A DNA stretch of 64,000 bases from Camelus ferus (lineage: Eukaryota): the NCBI RefSeq assembly GCF_009834535.1, contig NC_045697.1:107386001-107450000 (forward strand), given 5' to 3'. Below, one piece after another: positions 62,896 through 64,000 of this stretch; within the stretch, counting starts at the first letter, position 1; every line of letters starts with the position of its first letter. A program made the position numbers and the translations under genes. A model generated the notes under the pieces. The model was not told where the DNA came from. It ran no database searches and saw nothing but the letters and a program-made list of their open reading frames with translations.

Positions 62896-63599
62896 AAGTT
62901 GTTGCTTATCTCCCTGTGCAAGCTACAAGAGTGGTACTCCCTGGAGCTGTGCAACATGGCAGCCTTGAACTCAACTTCCAACTAATAAGTTGTTCCAACT
63001 AACAAGTTCAGAAAGATTAAAAACTTTCCTGAAGTTAAACTGCTATGTGATAAGGTGAGACTGACCTCAGATCTACATGATACCAAATGGTGACAATACT
63101 AGACTCCATGCTAGGTTTTCACTTTGTGAGATGCTGACGTCCCAAAGAAAAGTCCCACTACTTGCAGTCTTACAGTGTGAGGGAAGTGGTTTCAATTCCC
63201 ACCTAAAGCCAGTAACAACAGCTGTGCGGGTACAAAAAAATGTGAGTGTCCCTAGGACGTGTGCTGTTCTTAGTGACAGCAATGGTAATGAGGAACCCTG
63301 TTTGACTGTCGTCCTACTGTACTTCTGTGATGACACTAGTATCACCGTGTACAGATTTAATGTCAGCTGTCCTTCTCAACTCTCTTGCTCTGCTTCCTGG
63401 ATAAGTTCCTTCTTCCTATCTGCCATCCATGCCAAACCACACAGGCTGAGTTAGGCAGGGGAAGCGACTCCAGCAGGAGCAACACTTGAAATTTAACAAG
63501 GTTGAGGGTAGAGAGGTGTTGACGTGAGTGTGAGTGGGCAGCTGAGGAAAAGATAGATAATAAATGTGACATTTATTTTGGAGAGACAGAGAAAAGGAG

Positions 63600-63815
63600 C
63601 GTTAACAGTTACTGAGTCCCACTATGTGCTAATCCCTGTGCTAGGCTTCTAATGTATACTGTGTCATTTGAACTTCACAGTAACCGCAGGAGGTAAGTAT
63701 TTTTCCCACTTGCCAGTGAAAAAACAAAGACAATATAAGGTCACATAGTAGGTGGCAGAGCAATGATGTAAAACCAGGACTGACTTCAAAATCCATGTTC
63801 TTTCCACTGCATCTT
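63600..63815 (-). mobile_element. MIR
   Basis: tactgagtcccactatgtgc...gtcatttgaacttcacagtaacc...aaggtcacatagtaggtggcagagc. Confidence 0.75.
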
Positions 63816-64000
63816 GTGGCCTTTAAACTTGTAAAGTCCTTTCAAAAACTTTATTTGCTCATTTTCAGATACATCATCTTCCCTATACAACTCGGAAGAG
63901 CATCTTGGTACTGGAAGGTATTTTCCAGGTCTTTAATGTGTCTGGCATGCCCAATAAGACATTCTGCAGCTCTCAGCCAATCCAGCTGATCCTCTGTTGT

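Noticed and set aside
13200..64000. A second protein-coding gene or processed pseudogene upstream of LRBA
   Set aside because: No ORF resembles a known non-TE protein and there is no second CpG island; small non-coding exons cannot be excluded by eye.

Overview
Mammalian genomic DNA, most likely a camelid: nine copies of a tRNA-derived SINE match my recollection of the camelid Vic-1 family. The only protein-coding gene I can support is the 5' end of LRBA on the minus strand. It comprises a CpG-island promoter (~11.3-13.1 kb), a non-coding exon 1 (~12138-12400), exon 2 (11114-11545) carrying the first 72 codons, and the start of the long intron 2 (1-11113). The other ~51 kb is upstream intergenic DNA dominated by transposon relics (L1, HAL1, L2, CR1/L3, MIR, MaLR, ERV1 solo LTRs, hAT and Tigger MITEs). 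There is no CRISPR array, rRNA or genuine tRNA gene, and I see no new multi-gene system. The best leads are: (i) ERV1 solo LTRs 13-23 kb upstream of LRBA, two of them MER41-like, carrying STAT/NF-kB/IRF-like motifs, where one base switches a GAS site to a STAT6-type site; (ii) a strong-Kozak 48-codon uORF plus a short uORF in the LRBA leader; (iii) a TSD-bounded L1 insertion that appears to carry a 3' transduction; (iv) a diverged ~96-bp duplication in intron 2. Repeat family names come from recalled consensus sequences, and boundaries are approximate unless a TSD is quoted.
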